The notes under the pieces: model-generated | Told to the model about the DNA's origin: nothing | The model's input: only the letters and a program-made list of their open reading frames with translations | The model's database searches: none | DNA from: an uncultured Verrucomicrobiae bacterium | GTDB taxonomy: Bacteria > Verrucomicrobiota > Verrucomicrobiia > Chthoniobacterales > JAFAMB01 | DNA: 64,000 nt | Reading direction: 5' to 3' | Assembly (NCBI GenBank): GCA_963748055.1 | Contig: CAVVII010000028.1 | Span: 18,990-82,989 of the forward strand | Translations under genes and position numbers: made by a program | Part shown: positions 33,841 to 43,468 of the stretch, in pieces | Layout: every line of letters begins with the position of its first letter | Position numbering within the stretch: the first letter of the stretch is position 1

Positions 33841-34062
33841 TCAAACTGTGTGATTCGTTGTGTGGTGCCTTTCCAAGTCGTTTTTCGCCGAATCAACCGC
33901 TTCGTCAATGGTGGTGGATTTCCTGCCGCTTGAGCCCCCAACGCCACAGTCGCGGCAATTCCATGTGCCCCACATTGCCGAGCCTTCGACTTCTTCGACG
34001 TGGATCGTATAGCTTACACCCTCTTTCACGTAATCCAGTTTTTGAATCTCTTTGGTTGTCAT
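33841..34062 (-). CDS. Hypothetical small protein
   Basis: 73 aa with an ATG preceded by AGAGG 8 nt upstream. The sequence is MTTKEIQKLDYVKEGVSYTIHVEEVEGSAMWGTWNCRDCG... and no family was recognised. Confidence 0.45.
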   Translation of the reverse strand: MTTKEIQKLDYVKEGVSYTIHVEEVEGSAMWGTWNCRDCGVGGSSGRKSTTIDEAVDSAKNDLERHHTTNHTV

Positions 34063-34356
34063 TGCACGTACCTCTTGAGGTTGGTTTGGAAATTTCGGAC
34101 TAAAAGGCGGCAGTGTCCAGTAACTAAACGAGCGCTGAAGCAGTTCTCCAGCGCATGGAGAAACTGGGCGATCTCTTCACTCCCGTCCTGAATTTAAAAC
34201 CGCAGATCCATTCGCGCCTCGGATTCCGAGGTTTTCATGAAACGGTGACCAATGAGGGATCTGAGAATCGCGTCTGTCTACGCTGCGAAAGACAAAACCA
34301 TCCGGCCACCTGCCGCGAACAAATGGGAACACAAATGTTGTAACGTTTAAAACATT

Positions 34357-35215
34357 ATGGGATCAACTACGCATTCAATCGATGTCAACGCCTCGCTGAG
34401 AACTGTTTACAATCAATGGACACAATTTGAAGAATTTCCGCGTTTCATGGAAGGAGTAGTAGAAATTTCGACAACAGGGTCCCAGGACTCTTTTTTGGAA
34501 AGTCAACGTGGGAGGGAAAGACAAACAATGGGAAGCAGAAATCCTGGAACAGGTTCCGGATACCCGAATTGTTTGGGAGAGCGTAGACGGAACGCAGAAC
34601 CGGGGAATGATTGCTTTTGAGCCTGTGGATCAGGAGCGAACCCGCATCACTCTGACGATGGAATACGAGCCGGAAGGCTTTCTCGAAAGAGCTGGAGATG
34701 CCTTGGGCATCCCGTCAAGTCAGGTGGAAGGAGACTTGAATCGGTTCAGGGATTTCATCGAGAAAAGGGAAACGGAAACCGGGGCCTGGCGCGGCCAGAT
34801 CGAAAACGGGGAAAGCATCCATTCCACCGCCGCAATCAGTCGATCGGAAGGTCCTTTGGACGTGAAAAACGGTGACGAGCTATTCGAGATCGAAAGTCGG
34901 GAAGCTCCGTCTTTACGCCCCGGGACAAGAGAAACCGTGTTCAGCACAGGTGAAAAAGAGACCAAGGGAATGGAAACTGAAGAAAATCTGCCTCTCCAGG
35001 TTGGGTCCGCCGCGGAACTTCCGCCCATAGCCGGCGAGCAAGCGGGAGTAGAGAAAAACTCAGAATTTTATCGCGAAGCCGGAGTTCTCGCCCCTACGTA
35101 TGAGCAAATCGCACAACGGGCTTACGAGCTTTATATGGCCCGAGGCCGCACCGAAGGTTATGCGCGAGAGGATTGGCTGGAAGCGGAAAAACAGCTCTCC
35201 CAGGAAATACGGTAA
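34357..35215 (+). pseudogene. SRPBCC (polyketide cyclase/dehydrase-like) protein with C-terminal DUF2934, frameshifted near the 5' end
   Basis: ORF 34357-34620 gives HSIDVNASLRTVYNQWTQFEEFPRFMEGVVEI. The sequence continues in another frame (ORF 34508-35215) as RQQGPRTLFWKVNVGGKDKQWEAEILEQVPDTRIVWES. The shift is at the T-run 34466-34468. The C-terminus EQIAQRAYELYMARGRTEGYAREDWLEAEKQL is a DUF2934 motif. Confidence 0.7.
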
Positions 35216-35253
35216 TTCATCCATCTAAAGAACAAATAGCCCGGCTTTCAGAG

Positions 35254-35634
35254 GTGCAGACGACGGCGATCCAGATCAAACGAGTGTATGACCTGTCCGC
35301 AAAAGAGGATGGCGCGCGATTCCTGGTTGAACGCCTGTGGCCGCGCGGGATGAAAAAGGAGGCGTTGGACATGGCAGCCTGGTGTAAGAACGCGGCGCCC
35401 AGCGATGAGCTGCGTCGCTGGTTCGGCCACGACCCGGCCAAATGGAAAGAATTCCAACGACGATACCGGGCCGAGTTGAACGATAATCTTGCCTCCTGCC
35501 AACCGCTGTTGGATGCGGCCAAGCAGGGCAACGTTACGCTCCTGTACAGTGCCCATGACACGGAACATAATAGTGCCGTGGTGCTGAAGTCCTACCTCGA
35601 GGAAGGGCTGACTGGAAAGAAAAGTCAACGATAG
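35254..35634 (+). CDS. DUF488 (YeaO-like) protein
   Basis: IQIKRVYD...DGARFLVERLWPRGMKKE...SDELRRWFGHDP...VTLLYSAHDTEHNSAVVL matches the YeaO/DUF488 layout. The start is uncertain: GTG at 35254 is preferred over the track start at 35173. Confidence 0.7.
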   Translation: MQTTAIQIKRVYDLSAKEDGARFLVERLWPRGMKKEALDMAAWCKNAAPSDELRRWFGHDPAKWKEFQRRYRAELNDNLASCQPLLDAAKQGNVTLLYSAHDTEHNSAVVLKSYLEEGLTGKKSQR

Positions 35635-35773
35635 CAAGATGGTTCAAAGCGGCACAATTTCGCGCGCGTGGCAGTTTCACGCATAGCTCTCCACGGTTTG
35701 TTTCTTAGCATGCTATCTAGCCTTTATCCAGCCTGCAACGCTCACAAATCCTTAGAGGTTTGTGAGCGATGCA

Positions 35774-36646
35774 CTAGGGCGTGTTTGTAAATCATCTATG
35801 TGAGGCGAAAGGTGAGGAAGCGATGGCAAGGCAAACAAAGCCCAGGAAAGTTTCGGCAAGTTTGTCATAGCGAGTGGCGACTCGGCGGTAGCGCTTGATT
35901 CTTTGGAAGAAGTTTTCTACCCGATGACGACGCCGGTAGAGCTTTGCGGAGAATGGTACAGCCGTAGTGCGGTTAGCACGCCAGGAATGCAGGTTTTAAC
36001 TCCGTTGGCGGCCGCTGTCTGTCTGAGGGTGGAGCTATCATAGGCTTTGTCGCCAATAAGGGTAGAATTCTCTGGCAGGCAGTCCGTAAGCTTTCCTGCC
36101 AAACAGATGTCGGCTTCGTTCCCACTGGACAAGGCAACGATAATGGGTTGCGAGCGGGCATTGACGACAACATGAATCTTGGTGTTTAAGCCCTCCCTTG
36201 GTGCGTCCCATGGCTTGTGGAGCTTGGCCGCCGGCCGGATTGGACCCGTCAGCATGAACCTTGACGTGGGTACTGTCGACAAAAAACCACCCCGGAGCGA
36301 GCTCCGGCCCGAATTGCGTCAGCACTTTCTGTAGAGTGCCGCGATGACACCAACGACGGAAATACTGGTACACAGAGTTCCAGCGGGCCTGTGGCCGATC
36401 GATAGCTCTCCAACTGCATCCCTCTGTTAGTACAAAAAGAATACTTTCAAGCACGACGTACATTGACAAAGAAGGCCGACCAGCTTTATTATCTTTACTG
36501 CCGTTCCAGGGAGTCGCTTTCTATGGAAATTATAGCTTCCGCTATCTTCGGCAGAAGCGCCTTCACTTTTGGTCGTATTCGCATCATCCGTTTTATCTCC
36601 AGCTAGGCGCATTGTCCATAAAGGAAGATTTACAAACACGCCCTAG
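35774..36646 (-). mobile_element. IS5-family insertion sequence (two-ORF IS427/IS1031-like type), 873 bp, perfect 20-bp terminal inverted repeats
   Basis: 35774-35793 ctagggcgtgtttgtaaatc is the revcomp of 36627-36646. The outer CTAG is palindromic, so it may be part of the inverted repeat or a 4-bp target duplication. The interior encodes DUF4096 + DDE_Tnp_1-like transposase pieces. Confidence 0.85.
35800..36575 (-). pseudogene. IS5-family transposase, reading frame broken in at least 3 places
   Basis: The frames run in order MMRIRPKVKALLPK..., then KAGRPSLSMYVVLESILFVLTEGCSWRAI...GRTKGGL, then NTKIHVVVNARSQPIIVALSSGNEAD...LIGDKAYDS, then AVPFSAKLYRRRHRVENFFQRIKRYRRVATRYDKLAETFLGF. The GGL/NTKIH switch may be a programmed frameshift site. 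The other switches are disruptive. Confidence 0.75.
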
Positions 36647-36891
36647 GAGGGGAACTCCGTCGCTGTAGTTTTCAATGACTCCTCCACAGGAGCGGAACTT
36701 ATCTTCGGGTGTGCGCGGGCATCCCGAATACAAGTGCTATAGGTCTCAAGGTTAGCTTCATTCGGAAGAGCAGGGACCAGCCACAGGCGATCGGAAATCT
36801 CACCAACCCGAGGCTGTAACAAAAATCCAATTTTATGCCTTGAAAATAAGAACGCATTATGTATCGTATAGCGATGTATTAAGGAGGTTAT

Positions 36892-37089
36892 ATGAACGTG
36901 CCACAGAACGAAACAAGTACCGGAGTTCGTAATTTATATGACGAGAAAGCCGCAAATCCGTCGAATGAGTTACTGAAGAATGCTGTGCCCGTAGGAACAT
37001 TTGCGGGTCCCCAGGATTTCGTCTTGAGATTTCATGACGGAAAGCTGGTGGCCGCCAACAGCGGAAAACAAGGAGGAGGACAGAACTAA
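36892..37089 (+). CDS. Hypothetical small protein
   Basis: 65 aa with a strong SD (AAGGAGG) 5 nt upstream of the ATG. No motif was recognised. Confidence 0.45.
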   Translation: MNVPQNETSTGVRNLYDEKAANPSNELLKNAVPVGTFAGPQDFVLRFHDGKLVAANSGKQGGGQN

Positions 37090-37287
37090 AAGGGCTTTCC
37101 CGACAGGAAAGGGGTTATCACCGTGCCACTTGCGGAGCAGCTGCAAGTGGCCACCACACGGCAGTCGAGTTGGCAGATCGTTTGATTTGACGCTTCAGAA
37201 TCTCGTCTTGCGCGAAGCCAGCACATTGGGTCGATCGTCATTTTGCCCGATCGGAAGCGGATAAATCGTGCCGCGATGATTACGCTT

Positions 37288-37788
37288 TCAATGCGCAGAA
37301 CCGTCGTTCTTCGAAGGAGCGTTCCCCCGCAGAGTCCTGACATAATTCGACAAATCCCAGATGTGCTGGTCAGACTCGACTCTTCCAAAAGCTGGCATCC
37401 CGCTCAAACAAATGCCGTTTTTTACGATCCAAAACAATTCCCGATCGGAATATTGTTGCACCTCAGACGATGTGAGATCCGTGACGCGCGGATACATCCA
37501 GCGACCGGCCTCAGTGGGTGTGTGGCCGTCGAGACCATGACACATTGCACATTCGGTGCCGAAGAGTTTGTCTCCTTCTTCGATGCTCGCCGGTAGATCC
37601 GTTGGTGCTGGGGGAATGCCGTCGCGACTGCTACGCTGAACCAGGATGTGCTTTGCTCGGGTCGCAAGAACGGTTTCGAGATGCCCGGGTTCACGGAGCG
37701 CGTCAATGTTGATTTGATAGAATCCTAAGATCACCAACACGGCACCCAGGCCGAGGACCAGAAGTACAATGAGAACTCGGCGCTTCAT
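37288..37788 (-). CDS. Membrane-anchored c-type cytochrome
   Basis: 166 aa with an N-terminal TM helix, the heme-binding site CAMCHG, and a distal GMPAF Met ligand region. Confidence 0.8.
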   Translation of the reverse strand: MKRRVLIVLLVLGLGAVLVILGFYQINIDALREPGHLETVLATRAKHILVQRSSRDGIPPAPTDLPASIEEGDKLFGTECAMCHGLDGHTPTEAGRWMYPRVTDLTSSEVQQYSDRELFWIVKNGICLSGMPAFGRVESDQHIWDLSNYVRTLRGNAPSKNDGSAH

Positions 37789-37892
37789 CTGCGTGCGTTT
37801 CTTTGCAGTCGCTTTCCATTAAAAAGTCTTGATCGAAAGTCTTCTAGAAAACAAGAAACGGCCGGTTACGTACTCGGCCCTCTATGAAAGAC

Positions 37893-38243
37893 CTAGGATG
37901 CCGCTTTGATGTCCGTGACGTGGATCGTCTTGGTAGCTTTATCCAAGGTTCCCGTTACCTGCACCTTCTGTCCGGCGAATGCTTTGGGTTTCGCCTGGTC
38001 GTCCAGCTCGTAGAAAGATTTCGACGCTCCGTTGAACAGAACGTATTTACCTCCCATTTTCACGCAGGCTTCAGTACATGCCTTAGCGTCGTTGGTTCCC
38101 ATCTTTTTGAACATCGATTCATGTCCTCCTCCCTTGGCGCATGGACTGTCCATAATCTCGCCGCTGAAGGTCTTGTCCTTCGCTCCGGCTAAACCGGGCA
38201 CCAGGAACATACAGGCAGTGATACTCAATATTAGCTTCTTCAT
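37893..38243 (-). CDS. Secreted Cys-containing small protein (DUF5818-like)
   Basis: 116 aa with the signal peptide MKKLILSITACMFLVPGLAGA. The C-terminal QKVQVTGTLDKATKTIHVTDI resembles DUF5818. Confidence 0.55.
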   Translation of the reverse strand: MKKLILSITACMFLVPGLAGAKDKTFSGEIMDSPCAKGGGHESMFKKMGTNDAKACTEACVKMGGKYVLFNGASKSFYELDDQAKPKAFAGQKVQVTGTLDKATKTIHVTDIKAAS

Positions 38244-38492
38244 TTTTTCTTTTTTGATTTAGGGTTGAACTACTCCTAAAAAATTTTCTTTCGGTGCTTG
38301 TCGCCGCCAAGGACTGATCGCATTTCGAAAATCGCGGCAAGAATCTAGCCCCTTGCTCCCTCCATCATTCATCATTACCTTGAAACACAGTTTGTCAATA
38401 AATATATGCGTAAAGTAACTCGATGTTCGCCTTGTGCTAGGTATCACGACTCGATTCGCATGATCACTCTATTTGGACTCCGATAGCAGCAG

Positions 38493-38612
38493 TTGCTCAC
38501 TTTACTCCTGCAAAACAAGGAGGGTCTAACCGTCGAAGACTTGTCGAAAGCACTCGGAATCACTGACAATGCCGTTCGGTAACACCTCACGGCGCTTGAG
38601 GCCACAAACGGA
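38493..38612 (+). pseudogene. ArsR-type HTH fragment with an in-frame stop
   Basis: LLTLLLQNKEGLTVEDLSKALGITDNAVR-TAA(38580)-HLTALEA. The winged-helix recognition segment is interrupted by a nonsense codon, and no start or remainder of the gene is present. Confidence 0.35.
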
Positions 38613-38670
38613 GGTAACTTGGACCAATTTTTCGCTTTTCTTTCTACTTTTACGTCACCAATACTGAAAC

Positions 38671-39808
38671 ATGCCCTTCTTTAGACTCAGCCAGGCGATG
38701 GTGCTAAGTGTCGTGCTCTTTACCGTGGGTTGCAATAAACCCGAGGCAGGGTCTACTGTGCACGGAGGGAATCCCACGAAAATCCGTGTCGGATACATCG
38801 GGATCACATGCGAAGCGCCGATTTTCTGCGCAGTCGAGAATGGTTTCTTCAAGGATGAAGGACTCGATGTCGAATTGGTCAAATGCGAATGGTCGAAATA
38901 CAAGGATGTGCTCGCGCTCGGCGGTTTCGACATAACCCATCATCTGATTATGTATTTGCTCAAGCCGATTGAACAGGGCCTGGACGTAAGATTTACTGCT
39001 GGAATCCATCGAGGCTGTCTTCGGATCCAGGCGGCAGATCGATGGCAACATCAAGACCGCGCAGGATCTGCGCGGAAAACGGATCGGCGTGCCGGGGATG
39101 GGAACCCCACCTTTCATCTTTGCCAATCGAGTTCTGAATGCAAATGGTATGGACGCCAGCCGAGACGTTACCTGGAGTGTATTCCCGGCAGGGGAGCTTG
39201 GATTGGCGCTGGAAAAAGGCGAGGTCGATGCGGTGGCTGACTCCGAGCCAATTGGCACTTTGCTGTCTGGCTAACGGCAAAGTTCGCAACGTCGTCGACC
39301 AAGCAACGACTCTCCCTATAAGGACGAATACTGTTGCGCGGTGGTGGTGAACGGAAAGTTCCTGGCCGATAATCCGAAGGCCGCCGCCGCCGCGACGCGA
39401 GCGCTGCTGAAGGGCGCCAAATGGGTTGAAACAAATCCGGCTGCTGCGGCGAGGCTTTCCGTAGAGAAAAAGTATCTCGCCTCAAACCCAGAGCTTGAAC
39501 ACACTTGCGATCTCTCATCTACGTTACATCCCGAGCGTTTCCGGAGGTGAGGCGGCAGTGAATTCGGCGGCTGCAGAAATGAAGAACACGGGAATGCTCA
39601 ATTCCACGACAGACGTTTCTGGCTTCGCAAAGAGCGCCTTTGTCCACCTGGAAGGAGTTTCAGATGAATGGCTCCAGACTCGTGCACAGTAGATAAGGTG
39701 GCCGGCGGGCAGTTGCCTGCGGATGAAAATTTCCGGGTGGCCGCTGAATGTCGCAGCGAGCGGGGGCACATGAATGTGGCGTCGTGCTGTTCTCCAGGGA
39801 AAAAGTGA
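38671..39808 (+). pseudogene. NMT1/THI5-like (nitrate/sulfonate/taurine-type) ABC substrate-binding lipoprotein, at least 4 frameshifts
   Basis: The N-terminal ORF 38671-39240 has the lipobox LFTVGC and then IRVGYIGITCEAPIF. The continuation jumps between frames: GNIKTAQDLRGKRIGVPGMGTPPFIFAN (39089 frame), LANGKVRNVVDQATTLP, YKDEYCCAVVVNGKFLADNPKAAAAATRALLKGAKWVETNP, then NTLAISHLRYIPSVSGGEAAV...GVSDEWLQ. Shifts lie near 39035, 39262, 39318 and 39490, and possibly 39675. Confidence 0.75.
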
Positions 39809-39908
39809 AGGAATTGGCAGATGTTAGCGAACGCACCTCAAGCGAGCGGTGTGATTAAGCGATCAGAGGCGTCAGTGAAGGGAATAAGCCGTTCGCAGCG
39901 AAAACGCG

Positions 39909-40844
39909 GTGGCAAACTCTGTCTGCGGTTCTGCTCGCAGTGGCGATTGCGCTCGCGCTCCACTGGTTCGCGGCAAAGAAAGAACCGCCAGGCGAAACAC
40001 TTTTATACACTTGCTTCTTGGCGGCCTGCTCGTTGCGGCCGTCCTTGCGGCGATCCTGCAACGGCTCTGGCCCGGAATGCGCGACTGGATGCGGACCGAC
40101 TGCCCCCTCATCGCCGTCGCAGTTTTGTTCCTGACAGGATGGGAATTGACGACTGCCGGCTTTCGCCTGCTTCCTTTGCCTTACTTCCCGAGCCCTGCAG
40201 GCGTGTTGCAGAGCCTGGTGAATGATCGGGCGGTTCTTTTTGATAGCACATGGCATTCGTTGATCCTGCTACTTAGCGGCTATGCGCTGGGCGTTGCGGC
40301 CGGCTTGTTCAGTGGGATTTGCATCGGCTGGTTTCCCCAGGCCCGCTACTGGGGAATGCCGGTGTTGAAGGTCGTCGGTCCGATTCCAGCGACGGCCTGG
40401 ATTCCTCTCGCGATGGTTCTCTCGCCATCCGCAATGTTTTCGGCAGTTGCGCTGATCGCGCTGGCGGTCTGGTTTCCAGTGACAATGCTGACTGCATCCG
40501 GTCTCTCCAACACCCGTGCCTCCTACCTCGATGTCGCCCGTACGCTCGGCGCCGGTCGGGCCTATCTCATCTTTCGTGTTGCCATCCCGGCAGCGATGCC
40601 GAGCATCTTCCTCGGCCTGTTCATGGGACTTGGCGCCTCGTTTCTGACACTCGTAGTCGCCGAAACCGTCGGCGTGAAATCGGGCCTTGGCTGGTATTTA
40701 AGCTGGGCACAGGGCTGGGCGGAATATGGGAAAGTCTACGCTGCACTCGTCATCATGGCCGCATTTTTCTCGACCATCATGACAGCCCTGTTCAAGGCCC
40801 GCGACCGCGTGCTCGTCTGGCAAAAAGGGGTCATAAAATGGTAG
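39909..40844 (+). CDS. ABC transporter permease (SsuC/TauC-like), apparently intact
   Basis: 311-aa ORF from a GTG; the true start may be internal. It reads continuously through all TM segments, with the EAA-like region YLDVARTLGAGRAYLIFRVAIPAA. Confidence 0.75.
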   Translation: MANSVCGSARSGDCARAPLVRGKERTARRNTFIHLLLGGLLVAAVLAAILQRLWPGMRDWMRTDCPLIAVAVLFLTGWELTTAGFRLLPLPYFPSPAGVLQSLVNDRAVLFDSTWHSLILLLSGYALGVAAGLFSGICIGWFPQARYWGMPVLKVVGPIPATAWIPLAMVLSPSAMFSAVALIALAVWFPVTMLTASGLSNTRASYLDVARTLGAGRAYLIFRVAIPAAMPSIFLGLFMGLGASFLTLVVAETVGVKSGLGWYLSWAQGWAEYGKVYAALVIMAAFFSTIMTALFKARDRVLVWQKGVIKW

Positions 40845-41656
40845 CCGCATCCGTCGAACGGGTGGCAACAGAAGGCTCTTCCTTGAGTGTGGAAAACGTA
40901 ACGAAAGATTTCCCCGCGAGTGACCGCGCAACCACTCTGACACTTGCGCTGGATGCCGTTTCCTTTTCGATCATGGCGGGAGAATTCGTTTCCATCGTCG
41001 GCCCAAGCGCATGCGGAAAGTCGACCCTCCTTCGCCTCATCGCCGGACTCGATTTCCCAAGCTCCGGCGAACTCCGGGTTGGAGAAGAGGTGATCACCCG
41101 TGCCAATGCGCGAGCGAGGCTTGGTATTCCAAGATCCCAACTTGTTTCCGTGGCTCACCGTCCGCCGCAACATTCAGGCCGGTCTGGTGGCGCTGGGCGA
41201 TGCTACGTGAGAAACGTCACGAAGTTGACGAATTTATACGCCTTGTCGGACTTGAAGGGTTCGCCGATGTCTTTCCTCACCATCCTTTCTGGCGGCATGG
41301 CCCAACGTGTTGCATTGGCGCGTGCGCTAATTACTCATCCCAAAGTTCTCCTGCTGGACGAGCCTCTCGGTGCTCTCGATGCCTTCACGCGCATGCGAAT
41401 GCAGGATGAAGTGCTGCGCCTGTGGCAAACCCGTCTCACCACAATACTCCTGGTCACTCATGACATCGATGAAGCGATCTACATGAGCGACCGCATACTC
41501 ATCATGACCTCCCGCCCTGGCCGAATCGATCGAAGCATCTCGGTGGATATTCACCACCCTCGAGATCGCAGCAGCACGGAATTCCTTCGTCTTCGCAGCG
41601 AAATCCTTCAACTGCTTCACTTGGCCGGCCATGCGAGCGCGATGGAAACCGTGTAA
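40838..41656 (+). pseudogene. ABC transporter ATP-binding protein with three frameshifts in the core
   Basis: The ATG at 40838 overlaps the permease stop. The Walker A motif is GPSACGKST. The segment between about 41112 and 41281 reads correctly only in the other two frames (ERGLVFQDPNLFPWLTVRRNIQAGLVALG, then MLREKRHEVDEFIRLVGLEGFADVFPHH). It then returns to LSGGMAQRVALARAL, LLLDEP and VTHDIDEA. Confidence 0.75.
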
Positions 41657-41828
41657 TTTGCAGTGCCGCACCGCGGCCGAAGAGTTACGGTTTAAGCTGC
41701 ATCGCTGACAAATCTCCAGAGATTTGCGAGCGATGCAGGCAGAACTCAGGAGTCAGGAGTTACTGGAGTTGCAGAATGGATAAGCGAGGAATGAAATTCA
41801 AGGACCACCGGGGGCATTGGCCTGACGG

Positions 41829-42107
41829 TTACGGAGTAACGGCGTTATGTTGAAGCGCCGGACCAGAGGTTCCGCTTGAGAAATTCGGTACTTGGACCTG
41901 CCTGTTTCCTGCCGTGTAATTGGCCCAAGCATTGTTTCTCTCCCAAGCTTGGTTCGCCGGCGTTGGTGCCAGGCGATAGACTGACGCTGCTCGCAGTCCG
42001 CCGGGGTTCCCGGCCGAGAAGTGACCGCCTGCGAAACCGCTATCTGCGCCGATCGTCAGAAGGCCAATCGAAACCAGACCCGCAAGTAAAACACTGTTTA
42101 ATTTCAT
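41829..42107 (-). CDS. Hypothetical secreted small protein
   Basis: The start MKLNSVLLAGLVSIGLLTIGADS looks like a signal peptide. The mature part is Gly/Asn/Ala-rich. No motif was recognised. Confidence 0.4.
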   Translation of the reverse strand: MKLNSVLLAGLVSIGLLTIGADSGFAGGHFSAGNPGGLRAASVYRLAPTPANQAWERNNAWANYTAGNRQVQVPNFSSGTSGPALQHNAVTP

Positions 42108-42220
42108 AACTATCATCTTCCTTTCGATTGACACCATCGGTCGTCGGGCGGCTAAGAAATAATCGCGTTTTTTGATCCCCTATCAGTTTCACTGATGGGG
42201 GAAGAATGAAGTTTTTTTCT

Positions 42221-42340
42221 TTACGAAACGCACCCTCCCAGATCGTGACGATTGGCCAGCTGCAAGATGTCGCCTTTGTTTTTCCCAAGATTTTGATCGG
42301 CCGTGGAGACGCGCAAATACGGTGAGGATTCGCCAATATC
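42221..42340 (-). pseudogene. N-terminal stub of a serine recombinase (resolvase/invertase)
   Basis: SPYLRVSTADQNLGKNKGDILQLANRHDLG then stop. The Y-x-R-V-S-T-x-x-Q block carries the catalytic Ser motif, and the rest of the gene is absent. Confidence 0.3.
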
Positions 42341-42675
42341 TGTGGGGTGCCGAGCGCACTCCGACCGATTTAACGTAATATGCGCCCTTTTCGCATTAAA
42401 CGTCTTTTCATGGGCAAGGCACAATGACTAAGAGAAACACTACTATTCCTGACGGCCCTCGCAATAATCGCCAACTATTCGGCGCCAAGCCCAGATTTAC
42501 ATAACGGCCACGCACAACGGAAAGGAATCGGCAACCATGGGAAATATGACGCCAATACAGGTGTTCTAATGGCGATTAGCTTTATCTTTGTCATTCCTCA
42601 CTTGACTCAAAATGGAAACGTGCCGAGCTAAATCTAGCCTTAGCCTCCTTTTCCAGCACCGCAGACGCGTCTAAG

Positions 42676-42783
42676 TTAGTAGGATACACGGAAGGTCGGG
42701 CTGTCTTCGGGGCGGGAGCGGCGGCGGTCGTAGAGGCGGGTGATCGAAACCTTGGCGTGACCGAGCCACTCCCGGACTTTGGT
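42676..42783 (-). pseudogene. 3'-terminal stub of a tyrosine recombinase / phage-type integrase
   Basis: KVREWLGHAKVSITRLYDRRRSRPEDSPTFRVSY-stop. This is the LGHxxxxxTxxY catalytic-Tyr box at the C-terminus, and it is preceded directly by a stop codon (42784-42786). Confidence 0.45.
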
Positions 42784-42994
42784 TACAATCCAACAAAGAT
42801 ACCAAACGCGACATAAGAAAGCCAAGCCGGTAGGCCGGACTGTGGAGGCCAGCGACGAATCGGCGTAATTTGGAGATTGCTAGATTGAGCGTGCCAACAA
42901 AAATATGTAGGTGATCGGCAAGCTCTCTCGATCTCTCGCCCCTTCAGGGCGAAACATTTCATTGGATAGTTCCCAGGGTTGGGATTACAACATA

Positions 42995-43468
42995 TTAGAA
43001 TGGCCACCAGCTTCCGGTCCCAATATATCTTGCCATATAGTCATCGAAGCGAGCCATTCTACCCAATGGTGGAGTATCAACGCACACGTAACCCTGGTTA
43101 CTAACGAAATGTCCGGCCTTGACATCATAAATCATAACAACGCTGAATTCCATGTCACTGTAACTGCCTCCCCCTTGACCGAAGAAACTGGCAGTCGTCT
43201 CAGAATTTATCAGTTTTGGATAAAGCTCTTGAATATTAGCCGGAAACAACTTAGATGCCTCAACTGCCAAGTACCGGGTTTCCGGTCCAAGATGCGACGC
43301 ATTTCGCTTCCAGTAATTTGTCGCGCGCCCCTTGGCTAGTTGAATTTCATTTGGCGTTGGGGATGAGGTATCAATGGCGAAGTTCCGGTGATCCACACTG
43401 TCATTTTCAGCGCAGCCCAACATTATCGTACAGAGACAGGCGATAAAACTCCACTTCATAGTCGTCAT
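42995..43468 (-). CDS. Hypothetical lipoprotein in a low-GC block
   Basis: The start MTTMKWSFIACLCTIMLGC at 43468 carries a lipobox. Local GC is about 43-48% by spot counts, against about 55% elsewhere. Confidence 0.5.
   Translation of the reverse strand: MTTMKWSFIACLCTIMLGCAENDSVDHRNFAIDTSSPTPNEIQLAKGRATNYWKRNASHLGPETRYLAVEASKLFPANIQELYPKLINSETTASFFGQGGGSYSDMEFSVVMIYDVKAGHFVSNQGYVCVDTPPLGRMARFDDYMARYIGTGSWWPF

Noticed and set aside
40319-40837. N-terminal 173 residues of the 445-aa track ORF
   Set aside because: This part overlaps the permease gene out of frame and is Arg/Ser/Gly-rich nonsense. The ATPase begins at the ATG at 40838, which overlaps the permease stop.
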